IMG/VR virus record: IMGVR_UViG_3300036766_000194
Span: 124,001 to 188,000 of that record
Length of the DNA: 64,000 bases
Direction: 5' to 3' (one strand)
Both the position numbers and the translations under genes were made by a program. Each line of letters begins with the position of its first letter. The stretch's first letter is position 1. The notes beneath the pieces were generated by a model. The model was not told the DNA's origin, ran no database searches, and saw only the letters and a program-made list of their open reading frames with translations. Positions 1 through 8,319 of this stretch are shown piece by piece.

Positions 1-168
1 GTAAGGATGATTTCCAGATTGTTACTTCTGACAAAACCCAAACCGATTTCCAACAACATAAGGCAGATCCTTTAGACCTGAGCAAAGGAACTAAAAAGAA
101 ATAAAGAAAACTACCCGAAAATAGAATTACAGGGTAGAATAAAAGAGCAGGAAAGAAGGAGAACATAG

Positions 169-555
169 ATGCCCGTATTAAAGTGCCCTGTATGTGAAAT
201 AGAGATGGACACCTTCGTCTTGAACGAGAGGGGGCGGTGTTCGTCTTGTGGAGCCACTACCGAGGACTATGTTAAGTTCATACATCTTTTAAAGAGTAAC
301 ATGAAGAAAGTTATTCCTAAAGAAGTGAACGTATTTGTAGATTTGGTGGCCGGGGAATTTGTTTCTTTGATAAAAGATAGGATTAATCCGATTCCTCGTG
401 GAGATAGGCGCAAAGATGTTCGTAAAAAGGACCGCCGTAATCGTTCTAGAACTCCTGGGAAGTTCAAGGCTGCTGTAGATGCTGTCTACATAACCGATAG
501 GAAATTAAAGGAGAAGAAAGATGGCAAAACAAATCAAACAAATCATAACAGTTGA
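169..555 (+). CDS. Zn-ribbon protein, hypothetical
   Basis: CPVC...CSSC at the N-terminus; AGGAGA SD upstream. Confidence 0.6.
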   Translation: MPVLKCPVCEIEMDTFVLNERGRCSSCGATTEDYVKFIHLLKSNMKKVIPKEVNVFVDLVAGEFVSLIKDRINPIPRGDRRKDVRKKDRRNRSRTPGKFKAAVDAVYITDRKLKEKKDGKTNQTNHNS

Positions 556-697
556 GTTGCTTTTGGACCCTGGACAAGAACCCTACTATTTCAACGAAGC
601 CAAAGTGGGGGGCATCAACTATATTGCCCTAGAAGAATTCTTCAAAGGCGTGGGATTCGTGGTGTTATCTTACGGGAGCAAAATCGAAACGAAGTGA
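521..697 (+). CDS. small hypothetical protein (58 aa, MAKQIKQIITVELL...)
   Basis: AGGAG upstream; its stop overlaps the GTG start of the next gene (GTGA); below the ORF-track cutoff. Confidence 0.6.
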   Translation: MAKQIKQIITVELLLDPGQEPYYFNEAKVGGINYIALEEFFKGVGFVVLSYGSKIETK

Positions 698-1374
698 AGA
701 CTCTTATTCATATTCTCGGACCTGGTGCATCAGGTAAGTCTACGCTATCCCGAGCTATTCTTCAATATGGAAATCCTGTTCCTTATGTAGCAGAAGCATC
801 CGATGTTGTTCCTTGTACAAACAAAGGAGTGATTGGGACTGAGAAGATTTCCTACGTCTGGTCTAGTAATGGAATAGCACTTGCCGGGAATTCTAAGAGT
901 GGTACGGACAGTATCAATGCCATTGATGCTCTTCCTAACGTCTTAGAACTTTGCTGGGCTAAAGTCCCCGCTGTTATTGTTGATCCAGTACGTTGCAGTA
1001 AGAAATTTGTAGATTGGATGAAAACCTATCCAGAGCCGCTTACCGCATTATTTGTGTACTTGGACCTTTCCCTGGAAGAAAATGTTCGTCGGTTGATAAA
1101 TCGTCGTTTTGAAAACAACATGAGGAGAAGTAAGGGACTCGCTATTCCTGAAACTTCTCTCCCTGAGAAAACCTATAGCAATATGTTGGCTTTTCGAGAA
1201 CGTGCTCAAGGAGTCTTCACACACGCCGGCAATACCTATAACCGCTTCCCTAAACTGTGTTTAGCACTCCCTGAGAGACTGTCTACAGGGGAAGGGGCTG
1301 CGGCGGTGCATAGTGCCCTAAAATATTTAGAAGGGCTTAAAGAGGCTAAGAATGACCTAATCGTGAACACATGA
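694..1374 (+). CDS. P-loop nucleotide kinase
   Basis: Walker A GPGASGKST at the N-terminus, NMP-kinase-like lid (RRLINRR), GTD motif. Confidence 0.75.
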   Translation: MKTLIHILGPGASGKSTLSRAILQYGNPVPYVAEASDVVPCTNKGVIGTEKISYVWSSNGIALAGNSKSGTDSINAIDALPNVLELCWAKVPAVIVDPVRCSKKFVDWMKTYPEPLTALFVYLDLSLEENVRRLINRRFENNMRRSKGLAIPETSLPEKTYSNMLAFRERAQGVFTHAGNTYNRFPKLCLALPERLSTGEGAAAVHSALKYLEGLKEAKNDLIVNT

Positions 1375-1402
1375 GACGGTACGCACAACCAGAATCGCTA
1401 AT

Positions 1403-1431
1403 TAACCTTTTTCAGAAAACTACAGTATTAT
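1403..1431 (+). promoter_or_regulatory. promoter of tRNA array 1 (TAACCT-N17-TATTAT); predicted +1 at the leader ATG
   Basis: matches a motif recurring about 10 times in the window; ATG lies 6 nt after the -10 box. Confidence 0.7.
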
Positions 1432-1437
1432 ATTAAC

Positions 1438-1521
1438 ATGAGACACATACTCTTATCATCGTATCTATCATCCAGTAGTTTGCTTACTGGATCCGAGCCG
1501 ATGAGAGGGTCTGTGGAATAA
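1438..1521 (+). CDS. attenuator leader peptide of tRNA array 1 (MRHILLSSYLSSSSLLTGSEPMRGSVE)
   Basis: codons 4-16 are all Ile(ATA)/Leu/Ser/Tyr codons read by the downstream tRNAs; overlaps the antiterminator strand. Confidence 0.8.
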   Translation: MRHILLSSYLSSSSLLTGSEPMRGSVE

Positions 1522-1545
1522 AGACAGACACTTAGAAGTAGAATC

Positions 1546-1584
1546 GGCCTCGGACCAAAGTACACGGTCCGAGGCTTTTGTTTT
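1546..1584 (+). terminator. intrinsic terminator (attenuator) before tRNA array 1
   Basis: 10-bp perfect stem GCCTCGGACC/GGTCCGAGGC followed by TTTTGTTTT; its 5' arm can instead pair with 1489-1502. Confidence 0.85.
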
Positions 1585-1597
1585 AGAAGTAAAGTTT

Positions 1598-1686
1598 GGA
1601 GCGGACGCCCTGTTGGAATGGGCACCTGTCTGTAAAACAGGAGTCCCCTGCGGATATTGTGGGTTCGAATCCCTCTCGCTCCACCA
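1598..1686 (+). tRNA. tRNA-Tyr(GTA)
   Basis: cloverleaf, CCTGT-CT GTA AA-ACAGG, long variable arm, CCA end. Confidence 0.92.
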
Positions 1687-1698
1687 AGTTTTATCTTT

Positions 1699-1784
1699 GC
1701 GCGAGTGGTGGAATGGCAGACACGCTGTCCTCAGAAGGCAGTCCTCGAAAGAGGGTGGAGGTTCAAATCCTCTCTTGCGCACCA
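1699..1784 (+). tRNA. tRNA-Leu(CAG)
   Basis: cloverleaf, long variable arm, A73, CCA. Confidence 0.93.
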
Positions 1785-1786
1785 AT

Positions 1787-1873
1787 GCCGAAGTGGCGGA
1801 ACTAGGCAGACGCGGCTGGCTCAAACCCAGTTGGTTAACAGCCATGGGGGTTCAAATCCCTCCTTCGGTACCA
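1787..1873 (+). tRNA. tRNA-Leu(CAA)
   Basis: cloverleaf, long variable arm, CCA. Confidence 0.93.
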
Positions 1874-1942
1874 AGTTTTTGGAGTTTACTGTGGTTTAGT
1901 TTAGAAAGGAGTAAACTAGGATAAACTCAGTAACTAGTTTGT

Positions 1943-2029
1943 GCGGGTATGGCGGAACTGGCAGACGCGTTGGACTTAAAATCCAATGGCCGCAAGGCCG
2001 TGGGGGATCGTGGCCCTCTACCCGTACCA
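1943..2029 (+). tRNA. tRNA-Leu(TAA)
   Basis: cloverleaf, atypical T-loop ATCGTGG, CCA. Confidence 0.88.
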
Positions 2030-2042
2030 AAGTTTTGATTTT

Positions 2043-2126
2043 CGGCGAGTGGCGTAATGGCAGCCGCGCTAGACTTAGAATCTAGTCCTTAAATGGGTGT
2101 GGGTTCGAATCCCTCCTCGCCGACCA
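2043..2126 (+). tRNA. tRNA-Leu(TAG)
   Basis: CTAGA-CT TAG AA-TCTAG, CCA. Confidence 0.92.
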
Positions 2127-2132
2127 AAATTT

Positions 2133-2218
2133 GCACCTGTGCCGGAACTGGCATACGGGCACGGCTGAGAACCGTGGAGCGAAAGCTCTTGTGAGTTCGA
2201 CTCTCACCAGGTGCACCA
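2133..2218 (+). tRNA. tRNA-Leu(GAG)
   Basis: CACGG-CT GAG AA-CCGTG, CCA. Confidence 0.93.
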
Positions 2219-2223
2219 ATATT

Positions 2224-2275
2224 CGCTAAGGATGGCGGAACTAGGCAGACGCATCCTTTAGGAACCCCAGTAGCG
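2224..2275 (+). pseudogene. tRNA-Leu D-arm remnant or tRNA-like hairpin
   Basis: 2233-2252 is identical to the D-arm region of Leu(CAA) at 1794-1813; no anticodon loop or T-arm. Confidence 0.5.
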
Positions 2276-2337
2276 AGTCCGGTTTTGATATGTGATATTA
2301 TATAGAGGAAGGGGTTTCTATATAAGATAACCTATAT

Positions 2338-2427
2338 GGGAAGTTGGCAGAGTGGCCTATTGTGCTGGTTTGCTAAACCAGAATGCTCGAAAGGGCATCA
2401 GAGGTTCGAATCCTCTACTTCCCGCCA
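2338..2427 (+). tRNA. tRNA-Ser(GCT)
   Basis: cloverleaf, long variable arm, G73, CCA. Confidence 0.93.
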
Positions 2428-2431
2428 ATTT

Positions 2432-2521
2432 GGACGGTTGACAGAGTGGCCTATTGTGCACGCCTGGAAAGCGTGATTACCCGAAAGGGTAACGAGTGTT
2501 CGAATCACTCACCGTCCGCCA
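2432..2521 (+). tRNA. tRNA-Ser(GGA)
   Basis: cloverleaf, long variable arm, G73, CCA. Confidence 0.93.
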
Positions 2522-2525
2522 GATT

Positions 2526-2675
2526 ATGAATCTAAAATGCAAGTGTGGTGAGGACAAATGGGAAGTTGTACAGAAAGCTGATGGTAAGAAGACTCTTACC
2601 TGCTTGTCTTGTGGTGCTGAGATTTTAATTTTCTTACTACTTCATCCTGAAAATAAGGATGTGAAGTGGGAGTAA
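2526..2675 (+). CDS. small Zn-ribbon protein (49 aa) inside tRNA array 1
   Basis: MNLKCKCGEDKW...TCLSCG; fills the tRNA spacer almost exactly. Confidence 0.55.
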   Translation: MNLKCKCGEDKWEVVQKADGKKTLTCLSCGAEILIFLLLHPENKDVKWE

Positions 2676-2682
2676 AGAGTTT

Positions 2683-2769
2683 GGAAGATGTGAGCGATGG
2701 CCGCTCGCTCGTCTCGAAAACGAGTCAAGCCGAAAGGCATAGGGTGTTCGATTCACCCATCTTCCGCCA
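2683..2769 (+). tRNA. tRNA-Ser(CGA)
   Basis: CTCGT-CT CGA AA-ACGAG, long variable arm, CCA; atypical D-arm. Confidence 0.88.
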
Positions 2770-2772
2770 AAT

Positions 2773-2855
2773 GGAAAGATCTGCCGACGGCAAAGGCAAT
2801 CTGTCTTGAAAACAGACGCACCGAAAGGTGCACGGTTCGACTCCGTATCTTTCCT
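2773..2855 (+). tRNA. tRNA-Ser(TGA), no encoded CCA
   Basis: TCTGT-CT TGA AA-ACAGA, long variable arm, acceptor stem GGAAAGA/TCTTTCC. Confidence 0.82.
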
Positions 2856-2873
2856 CATTAGTGAACTTTCTAT

Positions 2874-3194
2874 ATGGGTATAAAGTTCACAGTGTACAAA
2901 ACAACGAATCTTAAGAATGCCAAATTCTACCTTGGCTCTCATAAGACCGTTAATCCGAACGATAGCTATCTGGGTTCGGGTACACTTATCCTACGGGCGA
3001 TAGCCAAGTATGGAGAAGAGAACTTCAAAAAAGAAGTTCTCTTCGTATACGATAACGCTGAGAAAGCATTTAAGAAAGAATTTGAATTGGTAGAGGCTGA
3101 GAAGCAGGATAAACTCTGCTATAATTTAAGGCAGGGCGGCAGCGGTGGATTTGGGTCTTTGGTCGAAAGGACAATTTATTCTTATCTTGCGTGA
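2874..3194 (+). mobile_element. GIY-YIG (Seg-like) homing endonuclease, truncated
   Basis: VYKTTN..N.KFYLGSH, YLGSG and YNL..GG motifs; ends right after the catalytic domain; sits in a tRNA array. Confidence 0.8.
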
Positions 3195-3233
3195 AGATGG
3201 AAAACCTGATTTACAACTCGCTGAGTAGATTTC

Positions 3234-3322
3234 GCTGATGACCGTTGGTACGGGGAACCGCCTTATAAGCGGTCGCTCTAGATTAGAGCTTCTTTAGGGT
3301 TCGATTCCCTACGTCAGCACCA
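3234..3322 (+). tRNA. tRNA-Ile(TAT) with long variable arm
   Basis: acceptor GCTGATG/CGTCAGC-A-CCA, ACCGC-CT TAT AA-GCGGT, variable arm GCTCTA-gat-TAGAGC, T-loop TTCGATT. Confidence 0.85.
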
Positions 3323-3326
3323 ATTC

Positions 3327-3358
3327 AAGAGGCTACTCAGTTTCGCAGCCTCTTTTCT
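3327..3358 (+). terminator. terminator ending tRNA array 1
   Basis: AAGAGGCT...AGCCTCTT followed by a T-rich tract. Confidence 0.6.
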
Positions 3359-3398
3359 CAGCCTCTTTTCGCTTTTTCAACCTCTTATAGAGGGATAA

Positions 3399-5483
3399 AT
3401 GAAAGTATTCGTATTGATGGAAAATAGTAACCCTGTAGGGGTTACAAAATCCAAAACAAAGGCTGAGAAGTGGCTCTTCTCTCCCGACAACGACTACCTT
3501 ACGTTTGAAATGGAAGACGTCCTCAAGTCAGAAGAGAAAGCTCCCGCTGCTCCTGTTGAAGAAAAAGATAAGACTCCTCAAGAACATCTCCTCCGTAATG
3601 TGGATAAATTAGAAACTCAAATAGAACAAGCCGATAAGAAACTTAAAGAAAATATAGAGCAGTTGAAGAAGTTTAAGCGTAAGTCTAGCGTCCCTAAAGA
3701 AGCAGCTGTAAACTACAAAGAAATGTTTAAAAAATTTCTTGAAGCTGTTCCTAAATTTGAAGGGGCTGTAAATCAAGAAATTTCCTGGGCTAAGGAACAT
3801 TTAGAAAAGAAAGATCGTATCGTTTGGTATCTCCGTTGGATTCGTCTCGGTATGATACAAGATGCGGAAAACACCGAACAATTGCCCAAAGGAACCTTAC
3901 ATAAAGAGCTAGATGCTCTAAAAATTAAAAGTGGGAAGCAATACACCCCAGCGGACATCATTCGTGATGACTGGCGTTTTAAACGGGATCTTCAACACTA
4001 CATGAGCGTGGCCGATCAAGAAATGCAGTCTAAGCAATTTGGATATGAAACTCCTTTCGAACTCATGACTGAATTAAAGACCATTGACGATAAATTTAAG
4101 GAAAAGGTGCAGGAAGACGCTCGTCTATTAGAACCCCAAGAAGATGACAAAGTATTAATCAAGTTTCCTGATGGTTGGGCCTGGTGGGCATTGAACCGTG
4201 GAGTTTGCTCTGAGGAAGCTGAAGCAATGGGACATTGCGGTAATCAAGGAATGGTCACAGGAAATCAAATCATAAGTTTACGTGAGCCTAAAAGCAAAGG
4301 TGGTAAGAATTATTGGGTACCTCACCTGACTTTTATTCTTGACAAGGATACCGGGATGTTGGGAGAGATGAAGGGGCGGGGTAACGAGAAGCCAGCTGCT
4401 CGTTATCATCCATACATCATAGAATTGTTGGAAGGTGATCGTATCAAAGGAATTCGCGGTGGCGGGTATCAACCTTCCCACAATTTTGCTATGAATGACC
4501 TGTCGGAAGAAGATCGCACCAAGTTGGAAGAAGATAAGCCAGAACTTATGACTTTGCGTCGTTATATGGCGAAGAATAAAAACAAAATTGATGACTATGT
4601 TATTGAGAAGACTCAGGTTCTTCTAGGGCTAAATTCCGAAACATATGATGAACATAACAAGGGATGGACTATTGAAACTTGGAAAAGTGTAGAAAATTTT
4701 GTAGAAGAAAGGGGTAACAGGCAAGCTCGATGGCTTATGAAGTATGAAACTGGGAGAGAGACTCTAGATGTAGATTATGTAAATGAAAATGACGCCTTAG
4801 ATTTCATTGATCGTCTTCCCGATGCTGTGGTGAAGAATATTGGTTTATCATTAGAACAGAACCGTGCCGATGAATTAAAAAAATTCAGAGAAAACTATCG
4901 CCCGTCTGCGCCACATCCCCGGCGTCGGCAGTATACCTGGGAACCAGACAATAGTGGAGATATAAAAGACTTCATAAAATATCTAGAAGAAGAAGGAAAA
5001 AATTCAGAGGTAATGGATAACTTACGTACCGCTTATCGTTATGGGGTAGAAAGCGGAACCCTAAGTCGTATGTCTGAGGTTCTAACCAGAGCCGTGGAAG
5101 AAGCCACAGACAGTTTCGAACGTATTAAGATAGTGTATGAAGGAAACAATGTTTACTATGGCAAAATCTTCGCAGTTCTCAAATTGGTTGACGCTGTTGA
5201 CATAGCTATGGAATGTGAAGACGAGGGAAGCTGTACTTCTGATCCTACCGAAACTCTTGAGACCCTAAAAGTAGAGGCAAGTGAACAAGACGATTACTAC
5301 GATTTTGATGAAAAATATGCCATAAAGCACCTAATAGAAGTGTACGGCGAAGCTCCCGAAGTACCCGAAAAGACTAAAAAGCCAGTAGAGAATAAGAGTA
5401 GGAAGAAAAAGAAGAAACTCAAGTCTAGCTTTCTTTTAGAGGGAGATCAAATTGTCCGCCACACTACCAATACTGACACATAG
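3399..5483 (+). CDS. large phage protein with a PcfJ-like domain
   Basis: EAEAMGHCG...ISLR...PHLT...EMKGRGNEKP pattern; GAGGG SD. Confidence 0.55.
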   Translation: MKVFVLMENSNPVGVTKSKTKAEKWLFSPDNDYLTFEMEDVLKSEEKAPAAPVEEKDKTPQEHLLRNVDKLETQIEQADKKLKENIEQLKKFKRKSSVPKEAAVNYKEMFKKFLEAVPKFEGAVNQEISWAKEHLEKKDRIVWYLRWIRLGMIQDAENTEQLPKGTLHKELDALKIKSGKQYTPADIIRDDWRFKRDLQHYMSVADQEMQSKQFGYETPFELMTELKTIDDKFKEKVQEDARLLEPQEDDKVLIKFPDGWAWWALNRGVCSEEAEAMGHCGNQGMVTGNQIISLREPKSKGGKNYWVPHLTFILDKDTGMLGEMKGRGNEKPAARYHPYIIELLEGDRIKGIRGGGYQPSHNFAMNDLSEEDRTKLEEDKPELMTLRRYMAKNKNKIDDYVIEKTQVLLGLNSETYDEHNKGWTIETWKSVENFVEERGNRQARWLMKYETGRETLDVDYVNENDALDFIDRLPDAVVKNIGLSLEQNRADELKKFRENYRPSAPHPRRRQYTWEPDNSGDIKDFIKYLEEEGKNSEVMDNLRTAYRYGVESGTLSRMSEVLTRAVEEATDSFERIKIVYEGNNVYYGKIFAVLKLVDAVDIAMECEDEGSCTSDPTETLETLKVEASEQDDYYDFDEKYAIKHLIEVYGEAPEVPEKTKKPVENKSRKKKKKLKSSFLLEGDQIVRHTTNTDT

Positions 5484-5682
5484 AATTCCTCACATTGATC
5501 CAAGAATTTTTATCGGTATGTCGTATGGTGATGCTAAGACCCAAATTGAAGGATACGGTTATGTCTGTAAAGTTGTAAAATCTCCCACCAAGCCCCCTTG
5601 GCGTCAAATGAAAGATTACGACCCTCTCACCATCAATGTGTTCGTTATAGACAATAGGGTATCATCTGTCTATAGGGGATAA
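5452..5682 (+). CDS. small hypothetical protein
   Basis: IGMSY..AK...DY.P..INV.V....V....RG resembles small phage inhibitor-I78-like proteins. Confidence 0.45.
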   Translation: MSATLPILTHRIPHIDPRIFIGMSYGDAKTQIEGYGYVCKVVKSPTKPPWRQMKDYDPLTINVFVIDNRVSSVYRG

Positions 5683-5843
5683 TTACAAACCGAAGGGATA
5701 ATCCTCTGCGGTGATGGACAGATGCCATTGCTCAACCGGGTGACGAAGTTAGCTTAGAACACCACTACTTTTAGATGTCGTACTAATGACGTGGACGAGT
5801 GTAGTAGGGAAGAATAGATGATCGTTTTAGCCAACTGAACGTG

Positions 5844-6623
5844 CTAGATAGGCGCAAAATGTCCAGTAGCTAGACCGCTCACAAACCCGGTTACGAATCC
5901 AAATTTAAGCCAGCCCCATCTAGACTTACGGTCCTTTTGCTTCTGTAGTTCAATCTGCTTCACGGTGTTGGCTTCACTGTCGGCCAATGCCTTGATCTGT
6001 TCTTTTACAGTTTCTTTCAACGTCCCTATTTGTTCTGCCTGAGCCATAACCACCGCTTGTAAACCCGCAATCTGAATATCCTTGTTCTTTAATTCTGTAT
6101 CTTTGGCTGTAATAATTTGTTTGGAAACAGGAACCGTTTCAAGGTCGTTCAATATCTGGTGAGAAGCAGCATTACTTAGGGAAAGCATATCTCCATTAGC
6201 TGTGGCATTACCAACAGGAAGATTTTCTAGCACGGATAGTCGCGTTGCCATACCAATAGCATCTAACTTATCGTTCGCTGTTTTACGAATTATGAGACCT
6301 GCTTGTAGTGTAGAGATTGTATTGGCGAGTTTTTCGTTCTGGGCCGTGAGCGTAACCACCATATTCTGATACTGTTGAACGGCTTGTTGTGCAGCGGCAT
6401 CCTTCTGTACTTGACTTGCCTGTAGTTGGGCGACTACTTCTTTTTGCGAGGCGAGGGCTTGCGCACTCGCGTCCGCTTTTCTTTGCGCGACACCTTCTTG
6501 CCAGTTAATAAAACGAGAGTACCCAAAATACCCTGTAGCGAGAACGGCAAGTACAATTATGAGTCGTTCGTGATGTTTAATAAAATCTGATATTCCTGCA
6601 AATTCTTTTAAATTAAATGTCAT
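5844..6623 (-). CDS. membrane-anchored coiled-coil protein (possibly spanin-like)
   Basis: N-terminal TM segment, Q/A-rich coiled coil, C-terminal hydrophobic segment. Confidence 0.55.
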   Translation of the reverse strand: MTFNLKEFAGISDFIKHHERLIIVLAVLATGYFGYSRFINWQEGVAQRKADASAQALASQKEVVAQLQASQVQKDAAAQQAVQQYQNMVVTLTAQNEKLANTISTLQAGLIIRKTANDKLDAIGMATRLSVLENLPVGNATANGDMLSLSNAASHQILNDLETVPVSKQIITAKDTELKNKDIQIAGLQAVVMAQAEQIGTLKETVKEQIKALADSEANTVKQIELQKQKDRKSRWGWLKFGFVTGFVSGLATGHFAPI

Positions 6624-7045
6624 CTTGTCCTTTTCATGAAACGATAGAGTTTCCCAATTTCTTCTAGTGTAGAATCACTCTTTAGGATGTTAGCTCGATA
6701 GCTTATAATTTGAATATTCCTCGGAAGACATTTTCGGGAATCTCAGGGATATCTTCTATTTTCAAAGTGAACGAAATCTTATGTTCTTTAGCTCTAGATT
6801 TCGCTGAATGCCACATTATGTAACGGTATGTTCCTGTGATACCATGAGTGAGAAGATTTTTACGGGCTACTTCTCGCTGTGGACACCCACAACTTTTGGT
6901 GTAGTCCGTGTTTAAAGAAAATCCCTTAATAATTTTCTCCTTTCCACAGATACACAAACAAAGCCATCGAGTGTCGTGTTGACGGGTACTTTCCGCTTGT
7001 TTGATGACAAGTAGCCTTACCGAATTTTTGACCGACGAGTTTTGA
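6620..7045 (-). pseudogene. frameshifted HNH-type homing endonuclease
   Basis: GQKFG / RLLVI..WLCLCICG..KSCGC..SAKSRA / NIQIISYRANILKSD are separated by frameshifts; the central SLDRID segment is missing. Confidence 0.75.
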
Positions 7046-7922
7046 TTTTCTTCCTTGCACGTTTTTTCTTTCCTGGTGCTGCCGTTGCAGTAACTACCCG
7101 TTTTTCTGATTCTTGTAAATTCGAGATTAAAGGTTCCGATGCTCCTTTAGTAGACCCGATAGCCTCTTTCCATCCTAAAGACCAATTATACGCAGCACCT
7201 GCATGCTCTTCTCCCAATCCATTAGGTATATAAGGATTGTCTTTTTCTTCCACTCCATTAAGAGCTGCATCTACACCTTCACGATGGAAAACTTCAGACA
7301 AAACATAACCATTCAGCAAGTCATCCAAATCCAAAGTAGCTAATTCGTATTTTGAATCGGGAATTACAGCAAACTTTCCCTTGCCTAAATCGTAGTATTG
7401 TTGGGAGCGAATCTTCTGTAAAGTTTTGTCGTCTAACATAGACATCAATCCCGCACCGCGACTAATGACTTCATCCCCACTGACAACGGCACGAGCAAGT
7501 TTCAACTGAGCAACAACTTCGTGAATGCCACAGTTATACCCATTTAATAAATCACAATGACAACTAATGTCCACAATTTTATCTAGCAGAAGTTGTTCGT
7601 CTAATCCACGTTGGTGTTTTGGGTCTGGTATTACAACTGCCATGGCAAACGCGGCGTTAATCTCTTCCTGAGTAGCATAAGGATTAGACAAAATCTGTTG
7701 AGCTTCTACGGGCATAGCAACCGATGAATGCCTTTCTAACCCCACTTTTAAGCCTTCGGCATACCCACTTTCAAATCCTAGTATTTTACCCGTAGCAACT
7801 CCTATTGCCTTTCCTTCTTCCCTTCCTTGTACCCGACCAGCTTCCCTGCCTTTGGAGAAGGATTCACTAAAAATATCGTCCACAACAACTGGGAAGAGAT
7901 ACTCTATGAGTTGTCTTAGCAT
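7017..7922 (-). CDS. hypothetical protein with FliH-like GxxxG repeats
   Basis: KGREAGRVQGREEG... repeats; basic tail. Confidence 0.55.
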   Translation of the reverse strand: MLRQLIEYLFPVVVDDIFSESFSKGREAGRVQGREEGKAIGVATGKILGFESGYAEGLKVGLERHSSVAMPVEAQQILSNPYATQEEINAAFAMAVVIPDPKHQRGLDEQLLLDKIVDISCHCDLLNGYNCGIHEVVAQLKLARAVVSGDEVISRGAGLMSMLDDKTLQKIRSQQYYDLGKGKFAVIPDSKYELATLDLDDLLNGYVLSEVFHREGVDAALNGVEEKDNPYIPNGLGEEHAGAAYNWSLGWKEAIGSTKGASEPLISNLQESEKRVVTATAAPGKKKRARKKIKTRRSKIR

Positions 7923-7923
7923 G

Positions 7924-8319
7924 TTAATCCTTTAAGAAACCTTCCATCAATTTAGCATATTTTTCATTGTCTTTTGCTATGCGTTGAGTTTCTGCAAGTT
8001 CCAATAACCGGGGGAGATGGCTGGGGAAATTTTCCATCTTAAATTGTAGGATAGGATCGTATTTTGGGTTGGTTGTATCCACTACATCCAGGCGATCTGG
8101 GTGAAGGATCAAGTCTACAGCTTTGAAATCCAGGGGACTGAAACTCAAGGGGTTTACTTGTATGCGCTTAGGAAAAGCACAGATGTATGAAGAATTCTCA
8201 TCCGTATTCTCCGTTACCCACCAACTAAGCTCTCCTCTATCAGACTGTTGTATTAGATTGTTTAGGAACTTTTGGTCTAGTTCTTTTCGTTCCATTTCCT
8301 TGCGCTGAGGGTTTGACAT
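7924..8319 (-). CDS. hypothetical protein
   Basis: operon-like packing. Confidence 0.55.
   Translation of the reverse strand: MSNPQRKEMERKELDQKFLNNLIQQSDRGELSWWVTENTDENSSYICAFPKRIQVNPLSFSPLDFKAVDLILHPDRLDVVDTTNPKYDPILQFKMENFPSHLPRLLELAETQRIAKDNEKYAKLMEGFLKD

Noticed and set aside
1428-1924. ORF-track entries overlapping tRNA array 1 (also 2637-2942)
   Set aside because: Shadow frames of tRNA genes and the attenuator
2043-2855. Suppressor tRNAs (anticodon strings TAA, TAG, TGA)
   Set aside because: These are ordinary Leu and Ser anticodons, not CTA, TTA or TCA
5683-5843. Structured RNA between convergent genes
   Set aside because: Only short imperfect stems and no supporting motif
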